Assembly: GCA_012295275.1 (NCBI GenBank)
Contig: CM022677.1
Coordinates: 4,278,001 to 4,342,000, forward strand
From: Chrysomallon squamiferum
Taxonomy: Eukaryota > Animalia > Mollusca
DNA length: 64,000 bases
Direction: 5' to 3'
Position 1 is the stretch's first letter; each line of letters starts with the position of its first letter. Shown piece after piece: positions 12,518 through 26,752 of the stretch. Below the pieces are notes generated by a model, which was given only the letters and a program-made list of their open reading frames with translations, made no database searches and was not told where the DNA came from. Both the position numbers and the translations under genes were made by a program.

Positions 12518-13049
12518 GTACCTTCACTTACGAGTTTAATTCGTTCCATGACCCAACTCGTAACTCAATTTGCTCGTATATCAAATCAATATCCCCAACT
12601 GAAATTAATTGAAATATCATTAATCCGTTCCAGCCCATCCAAAACCACCCAATTTTTTTTGTAACGTGTTTTTAAATAAGCAAAAAGTATGTATAAATGA
12701 CAAATAAAAAAAAAAAATAAAAAAAAAAAAGTATCTAAAGAAATAACCTGGTTTTGTAAAGTGTATTAAATTTAATGCCTTTGGCTGGAGTTACAGCCTT
12801 TTTCGACTCCTTTTGCTTCAGTATAGTATATATCGTACATCGTACAAATACTACGCTGGTACTGGCTAGCCAAGTCGACTACACGCACACTTTGATCATG
12901 TTTTTCTATGATTTCATGCTTTCATTCAATAGACAGTCGCACATCTGAAACTCGCTCGTAACTCAGATGTTGGCTCGTAACTCAAATCAATAAATGTACC
13001 GGGCAACTGCTCTTAACTCGAAAACCTCGTAAATCAAAGTATCACTCTA
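12518..13049. mobile_element. Tigger/pogo-like non-autonomous element (MITE)
   Basis: Left end taccttcacttacgagtttaattcgttcc and right end ctcgtaaatcaaagtatcactcta form imperfect inverted termini. Repeated ctcgtaactc subterminal motifs are typical of Tigger-like MITEs. Confidence 0.6.
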
Positions 13050-13733
13050 TAGACAATTCTAATAAATTAAATTAAAAAAAAAAAAAAAAAAAATGATTCA
13101 GTGAAATAATAATAATAATAATAAATACTTCAGTGGATTTCTGTAAGTAATCATTCAAATCTGGAAAATTCCATGCAATGGGTTCAAAGTCACATGGTTT
13201 ATTGTGAAGAACTTTACTTAAGTTGAAGAGGAAATAATGATTAAATATGTAAGTAAAAACTATTAACTGACATATACACATTATTACTAAACTAATTGTT
13301 TTTTTGGTGGGATAACAAACCCTGCAAAATGCAGTCACAAAGAAGAGGTCTTTTTAGACAGTGTCTGTTTTACAGAGGATTGTACTAACTGGACAAATTT
13401 CAGACACTACACATTTGGACTTGTAACAACTGGATTGCTAATACAAAGACTGATGTAGCAGATTTATTTGTGTAATAAATATTCCGTGAAATTCTTCAAG
13501 CAGTTTTCTACTATTTGGTCTTACTGGGACCAGTTTCAGTATAAGGGACCATAAGTAACTGAGAGTTGCATGTGTTAGCAGCAGTTGTGTTCTTTGACAG
13601 TGGTGGTGACGAGGATGGTAATAATAATTACAATAACAATAAACATAATAATACAAATCTAATGAGAAATGAAGTAGTGATTGTAAAAACGATGGATCAA
13701 AGTAGTGACTGTGGAGGAATAATAATAATAATA

Positions 13734-13794
<61 letters not shown>

Positions 13795-14407
13795 GAAGAA
13801 GTTAATAGTTCCCTTAAGAAGAAATAATAATAATAATAATAAATTAATTAATTAATAGAAACAAAAAATTCTGTAAAACAATAGATAGTTCATTTATACA
13901 GATACAAAATTATTTTTCCTCAGTGTAGTTACGGCCATGGTATGTATGTAATATGTATATTGCAATCGGACATTTTATTCAGATCATTTTGTACAGAAAT
14001 TAATTATTAATCTAATTAGTAAGTTAAAAGCCTGGTTTAACTTGTGGTACATATAAAAATAATGTGTTATATAATAAAACAGCTGACGAAATCCCCACGA
14101 ATGTGTCAACTGCGCATGTGCGAAAAAGTCTCATGGCGATACTGGAGCGCAAATAACTGCATCGATCGAAGGTAGGTTGAAAAACTACTTCTTGAGCTGA
14201 AATCTCGCTGATGATTTTCCAAAACATGTTCAGTTTTAACTTTTGTATCCGTGGTAAATCAATGAATGTCTCTTTTGGGGTCTTTTAATAGATGAATTAA
14301 TAAAAAACGGGCGAGGAAAATTTCAGTAAAACAAAATTAGTCACCAACATTACAACTTTAAAAGTGCTAATTATAATTATTATATTAATATATTTTTTTT
14401 TTTTTTT

Positions 14408-14446
<39 letters not shown>

Positions 14447-16309
14447 AAGTTATTTCAGATTTTACAGTTTGAGATGGATAAATAATAAAAGAGTCTTCGA
14501 AATAATATTTTAACCTTAAACCTGTTAACGTACACTATTTATTTTCGACATACATTTATTAAAGTATAATAAATTATAATACATTTTTGTAATAATGAAC
14601 GTTTGTTAATGTATTTTTAATGTTAAATTATTTCAGTTAAAACGGAATCAACAGAAAGTGATATAACCTGAAATAAGAGTCATGTCGTAAGTATTACATT
14701 TTTATTTTTTTCTAAATTTTTATTTTTTATTTTTCATTATTTTAGTCGTCAGAAAATAAAAATATTTGGAAAATTAATATAAAGTGTTTTAGAATAGGTT
14801 GAGTAAAATATAAATTAAAGGGAAGCAATCTGACAGGTGGTGAAAAGGAAATTATATCTAAGTACTGAGGCCCATAAAAGGCTAACTTTCTGATTCTCTT
14901 TAAGGAAAGAAATTTTAGCTTCATATTTTTAGGCTAGATTATTACTAAAACTATCTGACAGAACTGATTTGGTTATAAAACACAAATGTTCACTGACAGA
15001 TGTAGTGTTGTGCATAAGTTTGATGATGCACACAGCTAACTCCCTAGTTTTATGTCCCCTCCTCTCCCCCACCCCAACCAAAAAAAAACCCAAACTAGGA
15101 AATGTGAAAAAGAATCATATTTTAAATATTTAAAAAATAAATTAAAATTGACAAATAAATCTTTTATTCAAATTAAATATAAATGAACTACATTGATTAT
15201 TTGTAATTTCAGTGTTTGAAATGAACTCTCTTGTAAGAAATGTTTTTTAAAACTTTTTCTTTTTTTCACCTAAAATGAGAGATTTCTTTTTTCTGTACTA
15301 ATTAAACCAAAGTGAGTTAATCTCTCTTGTGACTTAGACGTGTTTTTATTAATTTAAGCTTTGCAAATGCAATGATAAGTTGTATGCAGTGTAAACTGTA
15401 GAGAAGACATCCTTTCTGACCATCAGCAAAGTCTAGATTGTTTTCAGACAGAAATGTAGTTTCTGCAGCTGTAACAAGTATGACGAGGTCAATAATTTCA
15501 TGTTTAATTTTGATATATCCTTTTGGTTTATATTGTATTATTTTCATCATCAAGCTATATAAAACTGGATTCATCAAATATCAAAACTTTTTTTGTAAGA
15601 ATGCTAAAAAAACCTTTAAATACAGTGCTTGCAGTTTAAATGAAACATAATCAGTATATAGCATAACTTAACCTGATAATACAGTTTTTAAAAGTGAATC
15701 ACAAATTTTCCAACAGTTTAGTTAGTGAAAGATTTGTTAGTGTCACGTGATCACTTACTGCTGCTTTTTTGTTTTGTCTTCACAGTTTTCATTTAACACT
15801 CTCTCTCGTTTGTTTTGTCTTCATACACACAGTTTTAACACTCTCTCTGGTTTATTTAAAATAAAAAAATAGCAGTGAGGTACAATCACATTCAAACAAG
15901 GTTTCAGGACTGTAAAATAGGTTAATGATTTCAGATGTGTGATATGTTAAGTAGTCTGGATTAATTCTTCATTTTGAAATGTGTTTCTGTAACCAAGAGT
16001 CTGGAAGCATTTTCTCATCACTTTAGTATTTCAGGTTTATTCCTGCATCTTTGTCACCTAATAACAAACCAGAGAACAAATTTTATATACATATAAATGT
16101 GTGTATAAATGTTGTTATAACTTTTGCAAAACCTATTGAGTTGATGTTCTTAACCATTGTTGCTTGAAATGATACAAGAAATAAATATCAAAAATATTTT
16201 ATTTAAGAAAAACATTTTAGATTAAGTTAGAAACTCTAGCTGTTAAATTTAAAACATATATCTCTTTTTATTCTTTTATTTATTTTATTATGTATTGAAA
16301 TTATTTCAG

Positions 16310-17511
16310 TGTGAGCTCTATTCTGGGAGGCTTTGCGACATTCTCCAAGCTCAGCTCAAGTAAGGATGATGACTGGGTGGACCGGTTCAATCATCTGTAC
16401 ACTGTTGTGTTGCTGGCTGCTGGTGTCCAGCTCATTTCACAGCGTCCATGGTCGCGTTTACTAAATCATTCTGCTGGGTGAATGGCACGTACTACGTCCC
16501 GATACACGAAGGAATCCCAGACAAGCACTCTGAGAGAGAGGAGCGACACCTGCCCTACTACCAGTGGGTGCCTGTCATTCTCTTGTTCATGGCTTTCCTC
16601 TTCAAGCTGCCTGCTGTCATGTGGCGTCTGCTGAGTACAAATTGTGGAATCAGTTTGGAGCAGGTTGTGAACATCATCACAGAGCTGCAGCTGAGTTCAG
16701 CTGAGAAGAGAGACGAGACAACAAAGCGAGTGGTACAGTACATGAGCAGGTTGTGAACATCATCACAGAGCTGCAGCTGAGTTCAGCTGAGAAGAGAGAC
16801 GAGACAACAAAGCGAGTGGTACAGTACATGAGCAGGTTGTGAACATCATCACAGAGCTGCAGCTGAGTTCAGCTGAGAGAAGAGAGACGAGACAACAAAG
16901 CGAGTGGTACAGTACATGAGCAGGTTGTGAACATCATCACAGAGCTGCAGCTGAGTTCAGCTGAGAAGAGAGACGAGACAACAAAGCGAGTGGTACAGTA
17001 CATGAGCAGGTTGTGAACATCATCACAGAGCTGCAGCTGAGTTCAGCTGAGAAGAGAGACGAGACAACAAAGCGAGTTGTACAGTACATGAGCAGGTGGC
17101 TGGAGATAAAGAAAAGCTACAAAAAAAAGAGTTTTCTTCAGCACTTGTCTAAATGTTTCGTGTTTCTCTCACAGAAACACGCAGGGATGTATCTAACTGG
17201 GCTCTACATGTTCATAAAGCTTCTGTACGTTGCAAATGTCGTGGGCCAGTTTTTCCTTCTGAATGCTTTTCTTGGAGAATGGTACAGCGTGTATGGTTTA
17301 GAAATCGTGTCGGGCTTGATAAATGATCATTCGTGGACTGAATGGACTGGCAAAGAAATTTGCTGATCAGTATCTCTGTGACGACGGAGTCTTTGTTCTG
17401 AGACTGATTGTGAAAAACACGAGTGAAATTCTCTTTTCTGATGTAATTAAAAGTTTGTGGTTAACTTACAAAAATAAACGCAGTAAAATAGAAGCAGAGA
17501 CATCACTGTGA
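16310..17511 (+). pseudogene. Innexin pseudogene (single large coding exon, disabled)
   Basis: ttcag|VSSILGGFATFSKLSSSKDDDWVDRFNHLYTVVLLA / CWCPAHFTASMVAFTKSFCWVNGTYYVP...LPYYQWVPVILLFMAFLFKLP...GMYLTGLYMFIKLLYVANVVGQFFLLNAFLG...DHSWTE / KKFADQYLCDDGVFVLRLIVKN. DDD..DR, YYQWVP and DGVF.LR are innexin hallmarks. Two frameshifting deletions and one tandem amplification. Confidence 0.92.
16658..17097 (+). repeat. 86-bp x5 tandem amplification inside the innexin coding sequence
   Basis: Unit starts at 16658, 16744, 16830, 16918 and 17004 (one unit is 88 bp). Bounded by the 8-bp direct repeat gagcaggt. Confidence 0.97.
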
Positions 17512-19784
17512 AGAGAAATGTGTAAGAAGAAACTTAAAACTGGACAGATAGCAATTTGACTTATCAACAAAAAAACACTGTAGTCTTAGTTGCCAATATA
17601 TGTTTGTTAATATATATATATATGGAAATTCTGTCTTCTTCCAATTTCTCAAAAATTGTATTTGCCAAGCAGTGTACACCATTTTTGTTGATTTGAATAT
17701 ATATATATATATATCATCTCCAGATCTGATTGCAAATTGTTTAATAACAGGGATTATTTCTCCTTTATTTTATTACATTATTAAAAGAAAGGGCTTTTGA
17801 TTACATTTTATTTCTTTTGTAAAGTTATTGGTGTTTTTTTGTTGTTTTTTTTAATTTATTATTTTATTTGCTGGTCTTTGACAAGTAAATAAAATAAATT
17901 TTTTTTTAAATAATATATATTAAGTTTTTATTTCATGAGCAAAGTTAATCAAAGAGTAAAATGATCAGTATAAATTAATATTATCAAATCATTAAGAATT
18001 CTATGAATTCTTTAGTTGATTTTTTTATTTTATTTTTTCTTCGTGTAAGTTTTGAAATATACCAGACAACTATTGTTTTCACCTTTTTAATTTGTCTTTT
18101 GTTATTTTACATTATTAAAAAGAAACAGCTTTTGATTACATTTTCTTTTCTTTTGTAAAGTGGTTGTTTTTTTTTTTTTTTTCTTGTTTTTTTCATTTAT
18201 TATTTTATTTACTTGTCTTTTTACAGTAAAAAAAAAGAAAAATGATTTCAGATTAAACTTTTCTGGTTTAGAAGATTTGGTAAATGTATATATATATATA
18301 TATTTTTTTTTAAATTTTTTTTTTTCCTGAGTAAAGGCAATCAGAGTAAGATGATTAGTATAAATATCTATTAATTATTAAATCATTAAGTATTCTGTGA
18401 ATTCTTTTTTATTTTGAAAAGAAAAAGGTGAGATTATTTTTCTTTTAGGTATGTAATGTTTGTTTCTTTACATACATATTTTAATATATAAAAAATATTT
18501 TTTAATTTTGTTACTGAGTATGAGTTTTTGGATTAAACTTTTGTTTGAAGATTTGGTATAAATTAATATTAATTATCAAATCATTAAGAATTCTGTGAAT
18601 TCTTTTCATTTTTTTTCAATTTTTTCATCATGTAAGTTTGTTATTAAGTACAAGTTTTTGGATTAAACTTTTCTCTGACGATTTGGTATAAATTAATACT
18701 AATTATCAAATCATTAAGAATTGTGTGAAGTTTTTGGATTAAACGTTTCTCTGGTTTCAGAATAAATTATTATTTTTTAAAGTATTTAATTTAGATCATT
18801 TTTCATTATCATACCATAAGTACTGGATGTACTGGCTTCATCTATTTAAATTTTCCTGTTATTGCACTGAAATGTAATTACTGAAATGTAATTACTAGAA
18901 GACTGCTTTTTATTCTTTTTTAACTTTGTTATATTTTCCTAATAAAAGTTTTAAAACATTATTTGGTTGTTTATCTCACATTAATATTTCCAGTGGCTGG
19001 TAAAACAGCATAGTTTTTGATAAATGAAGATATTAGCTGTAACAGGAAACATTCTAAAATATACACTATGAAATATTGAGACAATAAGAGAAAAAACAAC
19101 AACACAAATATTTTCTCTAATCATTTATTTTTAACAAAAACACAAATGAAAATGCATTAAAAATATAAAAAAATTATTATTTTCCCATACAAAACTTAAC
19201 ATCATACCTTGATGCAAAAACAAGAGGAACAAATAAAAAATACTGAAAATTATTACTGAGCATTCATGTGCGTATTTCACAACCATGTTTAAACAGTTGA
19301 AAGATATATGTTAATTTAAAATAAAAATGACTGAAATGGAACGAGAAAAGAATATGAAAGAGGAAAAAAATGGTTAAATCAATTTAAATATTTTCATTTA
19401 AAAGAGAAAAATAACATAAATGAAATATTGCTAGAAGTTTACAATAAATTATTTTAGGCTTATTTTATACCAAAAACATTATTTTAACATTATTTTATTA
19501 AATTACAACTTAATTAATCTTATGTATTACACATATTTATTATATTTCAAAACATTTTTTTTTTTTTTTGACATAAGAAAAAAAAAGAAAAGAAAACAGA
19601 ACACAACCCCCACCAAATCAACATGTTCTGTTTAAAACATTGATATTTGTTACTCAGAATAATTCAGTAACAGAATTAACATTTATATATGAAGACTTTT
19701 AATGTTGATTTCAAAACTGCTGTAACCCAAATATTGCAAACATTTATCATTAAAAAAGAGAACTTTCAAGAAAACAAAAAGTTC

Positions 19785-19832
<48 letters not shown>

Positions 19833-20026
19833 TAAAATTATTAAATATTTAAGTACTGACTGTTAATGACATCTGAATGTAAGTTGTTTACACAAGCAGA
19901 CACACCCTGCCTCACCAACACATGCACATCTAATGCACAGACACACAGAGGTAAATTCAGAGAGTTCACAGAATATGAACAACTCTCTCTCTCTCTCTCC
20001 CTCCCTCTGTCCCTCCCTTCCCCCAG

Positions 20027-20067
<41 letters not shown>

Positions 20068-21523
20068 ATGCACAAATCTAGGAAATGTTAAATAGTAAGT
20101 ACATTTTTAATATAACACTTTTATCACATTCCAGATAAGAAAATAAAATACTATTTAAAAAAAATAAAAAGTAAGGAACCAAGAAATGCATATAGTATTG
20201 AATATTCACTAGACATAATTAGCTGATATAATGCTGGTCAAAAGTTTCCAAACAATATGGATGCCATCCATATTTTACTCATGTATTGTCAAAGATACAT
20301 CTTAAAAACATTAAAACGGCTTTATAAAGTAAATTATTCACACAGCCTAGTATCAACGAATAAAGTAAAATTAATATATTTTAAAAATGCCATCTTGAAC
20401 ATATAATAGACAAAATTTTCAATCAAGTTAGAAAACAAACAAATGAATTTTAAACAAAGAAAATAAAACATAACAACCTTTCAAACTACCATTTCTCATC
20501 AGATTGAGAATTTTATGGCAAAATTCTGTATTATCAAGAATGTAATTAAAAACAAACAAAACTAAGGTAAAATAAAAAGTCCCATCTTATTAAAATTTAG
20601 CATATCTAATAATATTAAATAATAAAAATAGTAATAAAGTAAAACATAACAATAATAATAATGATAAAAATGAAAATAATGATGATGATAATAAAAATAA
20701 AATAAGAGTTGTAAAAAAATTCAGTGAATGTGACAGTAAGTAAGAAAAGAAAAACACTACTCAAAACATTTAGTAACAATTATCTTCTTTTTCTAATTAT
20801 AGAATACATTTCTTAATTATTATTTTATACTGAATTTTTTTTTTACGTTATTTTATATACCTGATTTTTTAATGATTTTTAAAAATATATAAATGTATTT
20901 AAATATGATTTCAGGGAAAAGTATGTGATCACTTTTGAACATGCTAATTTTGATTTATTACATGATAATTGATAAATAAAACAATAACTCATCAGTATTA
21001 AATAATTTCTTATCACAGAAACATTCTTAATTTCAGTGAGATAATTAAGAAAAAAAGAAAAAAAAAAAAATAAAAAAAAAAAAAAAAACTGAAACTAAAG
21101 TATAAGAAATTATATATTGATAAATTTGTTTATTGTCGCTGTTGAGTCACTCCACTAAAGTATATTGATTAACATTTTGTTATAGACTATACCCTATGTT
21201 TTATTGACATGCACAAATATTTAAATCTTGTTAAAAAGAACACCTACATTTCACTTGGTCAGTATAGAAATTTACTAAAATTATTTTCAATTTATATTAA
21301 AAAAAAAAAAAAATTAATAAATAATAAATAACTAACTAGTAAAAACATTATTTGCAAAAACATTTATTTTACATTATATTAATGAGCTGCATGTTGATGA
21401 ATGTACAAATTTATAAAGATGAAGACAGATTTAAAATAACATAAAAATACACTTTCTTCTCAAGACTCTGTATTTGAGGTAATATCTAGTATGACAGATA
21501 TGAAATATGTAATATGTATTTAC

Positions 21524-21686
21524 TTACAAAACCTATGAATCATTTTATTGGGTATTTCTTCAGGTCCTACACAACAAATTTTTATAATTCATCAGTTTCT
21601 GCTGTGAAAGAACACAAAGCCTTGTACAGACATCCTCCAGCACAGAACAGAATTATAAAGTGTTTAACATCAGACTCAGCCAGCTC
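21524..21686 (-). pseudogene. CAMSAP: CAMSAP/Patronin CKK-domain exon, frameshifted
   Basis: tag|ELAESDVKHFIILFCAGGCLYKALCSFTAETDE / IIKICCVGPEEIPNKMIHRFC-K|gt matches the CKK pattern E+A.SE.KHF+ILFRD.GCQ+RALY...+..K+.G.GP+.IT.KMI.+F+K. Confidence 0.82.
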
Positions 21687-24079
21687 CTAGATAAACAAAC
21701 AAACAAGCAAATAAATAAATAAATAAATAAAAATAAATAAATAAATAAGTTGATCAATAAAAATATATTTAAATACACCATAAATCAATAAACATATAAA
21801 TAATATTGTATTAACATGGCAATAATGTATAAAAAGTAAATAAATAAATATAATTACATTACATATAATATTCAAAAGTAACTAAAGTAAAGCTGATTTG
21901 TTGTGGAGTAATAACAACAGTATAAAATTAATATCATTATTAATGAATAAAATTATACACCTAATCTATAGATATAACTCTCCCACTTCTCCCTCTCAGG
22001 TATTTCTACAACTTTCTAAAAATAAATAACAATTATCTATCAAGTAGACAGGATCAGAAAGATAATTCTCTTATAAAAGCTTAAAAATTTAAGTTGTAAT
22101 TTGAATAAAATAAAAATAAACAGTAACAACAAACAATAATAAAATAGTGTAGATTAAAAGGAGTGACAATAATCATAAAAAAATATTAATTCAATTAAAA
22201 AAATTAAGTATGTCTTTTAAAAACAAACAATAATAAGAAAATCAAATATAATGAAAGAATAATTCCTACTGCTAAAGTTTAAAGATCAAAGAAAAACAGA
22301 TTTCAGTTTTTCTGGTCCATTTAATTTAGCAATGGCTTAATTAGGTTTAGACAATAATAATAATAAGTAGGGATTTAAAAATAAGAAAATTAATAAACAA
22401 ATGAGTAGGCTTTTTTAACCAAAACATAAACTAAAAATAAATATTTAAAATACAATTTAACAGAGGATAATTTACAATATTACAGGCCTGTTTTAATAAC
22501 TGATATTATAAATCTAGACGACAACAATAATGATGATGATGATGAAGAAATTTAAAATGAAGACATTTTAACTTATTTTTTATTTTAATTTATCTATATA
22601 ATCAGAAAATATGAGATATGTAAAAGTAAACCTCACAGACTGAGTAAATTAGTGTAAAGTGCTGTCATACTCAGTCTGTCAGAATTTTTTGTGTGGATTA
22701 CCGTGTGATTATTGAAAATAAATGAAAATGAAAATAAAATAATGATAATAATGATGATATGATGATGATAATAATAAAGATAAAAATGCTAAAACAAAAA
22801 AAAAAAAAACAAGAATGTGTTTAAGTTAAAGAAAAATAAAGTCTAATATAGATGACAGGCTGATGAAAATAGATGTGGATGACTAAATGAAGAAATGATA
22901 AACATGCTTTAAACTAATGGATGAAAAAATTGTCTAATTTTACTTATAAAAGTTGAACTTAATGAATATATGTGATGCTATAATGGACCTACTGTATTTT
23001 GTATATTCCAGTTTTAGTGGTACCAGCTTTTCCTAATAATAAAGTATAACAATATTTTAACAAGCTTATATGTAAAGGATGACTTACCCAATATTTTATA
23101 TTATTTTTTATTTTAATTGATCTATATAATCCAAAAAATATAAGAAATGTAAAAGTAAACCTCAAAGACTGAGTAAATTGGTGTAAAATGCTGATGTACA
23201 CAGTCTGTTAGAGCTTTTTGTATGAAATAATAATGTTACAATAGAAAATAAATGTAGAAGTAACTTTACTTATTATTGTACTTTCCTTGTACTAATCTGC
23301 TTTTCTTACTCTGTATTGAGAATACACGCAACACAAAAACTGAGAAGAATGTAAATTGATAGTTAAACAACTGAATTAATGTGTGTTTTTCATACCAGGT
23401 TTTTCAGAAACTTCTCTGTCTGTTCTGCTGTCTGTGTGTGTCCCATTCTGAAGTTTAGATAACAACAATTGTCTGTTTTGTGCTATGTGTCTGAAAAAGT
23501 AAAAACAAACAATTTATTTCTTTACTGTTTTTATTTAAACATTATTTACTGTTATATGTGCATATCAATACCATTTACTGATACAAATGAATGTTTGTAG
23601 ACAAAAATATATTTCATCTATTAGATTTCAATTGTTCATACATGCATACACAGTCTGAGTTAATGAATAATTAAAAATAAATATTTAAAAAAATGGTCTA
23701 AAGTGGTTTACCAAAATATAAATGTAAATTCTGAATCAAAAAACAAATCAGTATCTTTGAAAAATTAAATATTATAACCTGATTATTGATAAATATAAAT
23801 GTTGCTAAAATATAACAAATATGAAATAAAGAAGAAATATTTTATTTAAGAACATACACAGCTTGTTTTTACTAGTCCTTTCCATTTTAAAAGGTAAACA
23901 ACAAAACAGCTAATGAAAAAGAAAACATGTTTCTGCAAAATGAACTGACACCCTTTTTAAACAAGAAACTAAAAATCTGTTTTTAATATACATTTTTCCA
24001 GAGAAAACAAAACACATACCTTGATCTTAGCAATATCAGGTGTGGATCAACAGCTAGATTGTTAAATAACTTTATTAGT

Positions 24080-24140
24080 CCTCCATGTAGGACTGACCCT
24101 AGAACCCAACAAACTCTAACCACTGAGCCAGTCTATCCAT
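24080..24140 (-). mobile_element. Possible decayed tRNA-derived SINE head
   Basis: Reverse complement ggatagactggctcagtggttagagt...gggtcagtcct shows an A-box-like TGGCTCAGTGG and a degenerate B box. Confidence 0.3.
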
Positions 24141-24583
24141 CACTACAAACTTAACAAAGTGAATTAAGTGAATACTTACGGAGAAGAGTTTGATTTGTTT
24201 AGTTCTTATTTAGTTTTGTTGTGTTGCTAATGACTACTTGGTGTTTTGTGACATCTGACCTCCCGTTACCATAGCGATATGCTGAATTAAAATTAATATA
24301 AATAATAATAAACCCTGCAATATAAGGTGTCTGTTAAAATAAATCTTTGTAAAAATTCCTTTAATATTAACTTTCTTTATTAGCAGCCTGGGAAATACTG
24401 ACTATTATATACTTTAAAGCCTGAAATCATCCATTTTAAATAATAAACAAGTATTTACCCAGGTAAAAGCATGTTCAGTATATACACTAAAACTGAATAT
24501 TACAAATACCAATTTTTCATAAATTAATATAATAAAAGATGTAATACAATTTTGCACTTAGAACAAACATTTTTTTTTAAATA

Positions 24584-24663
<80 letters not shown>

Positions 24664-24664
24664 T

Positions 24665-26420
24665 CATGCAGTGACACTGTGTGAAGGGGTGGCAGTTCCA
24701 GTCTGGTAACAGGAAAGTTAAACATTTTAAAATACTGATGAAATATGAAGCTGCTTCTTTTGTTTTATAATATAGAAATAAACATTTACAACAAAATAAT
24801 CACATTTACATAAATATGTATGTGTGTAATGTGTGTGGAAGTGCATGTCTATGTGTTTGCATGATCACTTACTGATAAGTTATCTACAAACTGCAACTTC
24901 ATATATTAAATTAAATTAAACTTCATTAGTTTCAGAATAATGAGAAATATGTAAGAAAACAAACTCAAATTCATCAGCTCAGAATTGTTCTCTTTTGCAA
25001 TGGCAGCAGTACAAACTTTATTTAACCAGAAAACAACTGTGTCCTCAGTGTCTGATGGAAGTTCACTGGATGTGTTAAAAATTACATGTTTAATAGACAG
25101 GTTTAGCACAGACGTAACTTTCATGTACTGATTTTCTTGATATGGGACAAGCCTATATGTATGTGTTTGTGTATAGCAATGTTTTGAAACATTATAAAGA
25201 GTGAGTCTGGTTTTTATGATTTTCTTTAATTATAGTTGGCAATATAAACATTGAACATGTTCAAACCAAATGTACATATATTATATGTCCAAATAAATTT
25301 GTTCATAAGTTCTAGAGCTGCAGTTACTTCCCTTCATTCACCTGACACAATACAAGCTTTGTTCTTTACATGGAAACTAAACTGAAAGTGAGTTATGGCC
25401 ATGTCTCATACTGTAAGTCTGTATGCAGTCAAATACAAAATAAATAAAAATAAAAACTACACTTACCTGATGGCTTGGACAGCAGGTTCTGCTGAAACAA
25501 CTTCACTGGCATACGCCAACATCAGCACATCAATTAGAGCAATATGTTCATTCTGAAAAAGTAACAATAAAAAAATAACAATAAAGATAATAAATAAATA
25601 AATAGTACTTCTGTTATAATTTAAATATCAATTTTACTGAGTAATGCACAATCTTTATAATGATAATAACAAAAATAATTAATATCAGCAAATAAGTGAT
25701 TATCATTACACTGTTTGATAATTAATAAACAATTGTTACAAAACTTATTTTACTCTCTAAGACAAAAAAAATAAAATAAAAAACTCATGATGTAAATTCA
25801 CTTTCTAGACAGCACCTGACTAAAACCGCAGTGACCTACATAAAATATTGTCCAAAAAAGAAGATTACCCTGCAACACAGTAACAGATCATCCTCATAAT
25901 CATAATAGCAATAATAATAATAATAATAATAATAAAGATAATAATCATGATGATTGTGAAAATTAACAACAATAGTAACCACAACAACAACAACAATAAT
26001 AGTAGTAGCAGTAGTAGTAGTAATAGTAATAATAATAGTAAAAATAACAATAATAACACAACAATAACTATAATAATAATTTACTTTATACATTTTCATC
26101 TATTATTGATTATAGTAAGTTTATTATGTTATATATTAATGAGAAAAAGAAGGGATTAATGTTTTATTTAACAACATATATATATAGCATTGTATGAAGG
26201 AATAAGGTAATATATTTTAGTTTTATTCTATAAATAACTAGCTGAACTGAACTGTAGAAATAAGCTGTCGTGACAGGAAACATAAATCTCTTCACAGATC
26301 AGTTTCTGATCATTTAGTGTTCTGTGTTTGATGAAATAATTCCAAGGTTTATAAAAAGTAAGACGCTAGAGATAATTAAAACAAAAGAACAATGCATATT
26401 TAGAACATAAATCTTGAAAG
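24665..26420 (-). pseudogene. CAMSAP: Second partial CAMSAP copy (segmental duplicate of ~38310-40550)
   Basis: Exon 25467-25552 NEHIALIDVLMLAYASEVVSAEPAVQAI is open. Exon ~24975-25080 FNTSSELPSDTEDTVVFWLNKVC has its acceptor deleted and its donor changed GT>AT. Introns align with 38310-40550. Confidence 0.85.
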
Positions 26421-26424
26421 AATA

Positions 26425-26680
26425 AGAAATGAACCTGGTGTTCTACAGACGGAGACATTTGATGATTATTTGGTTTCTACCAGGGTAGACGACAATGCCA
26501 GATTTCCTTTGATTTTGTGCAACCATCAACTGACCACTGGTCCTAGAACTACGAATAATGTGCAGGGTTTTCATTCCAGAATGAACCGGTCAATTCATCG
26601 TCTAAACATCATCTAATCATAAACACATTTATAGAGTTGATAAAAGGAATAGAAACATCAGAACGTGCTAAACTGAGACA
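26425..26680 (+). mobile_element. MULE/Mutator transposase C-terminal relic
   Basis: TFDDYLVSTRVDDNARFPLILCNHQLTTGPRTTNNVQGFHSRMN matches MULE F.DY...TW.....FP...WN.....RTNN.VEG+H..LN. Confidence 0.7.
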
Positions 26681-26701
26681 GGTAATAATTAAAAAAATGA
26701 A

Positions 26702-26752
<51 letters not shown>

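Noticed and set aside
14020-14350. CpG-rich patch with NRF1-like tgcgcatgtgcg
   Set aside because: Could be a promoter or a DNA-transposon fragment; no linked exon or termini could be established.
16448-17511. Innexin as a functional gene with the repeat spliced out, or as a viral vinnexin
   Set aside because: The repeat contains caggt motifs, but two independent deletions remove TM1/EL1 and EL2/TM4. No viral genes are nearby and a normal splice acceptor precedes the exon.
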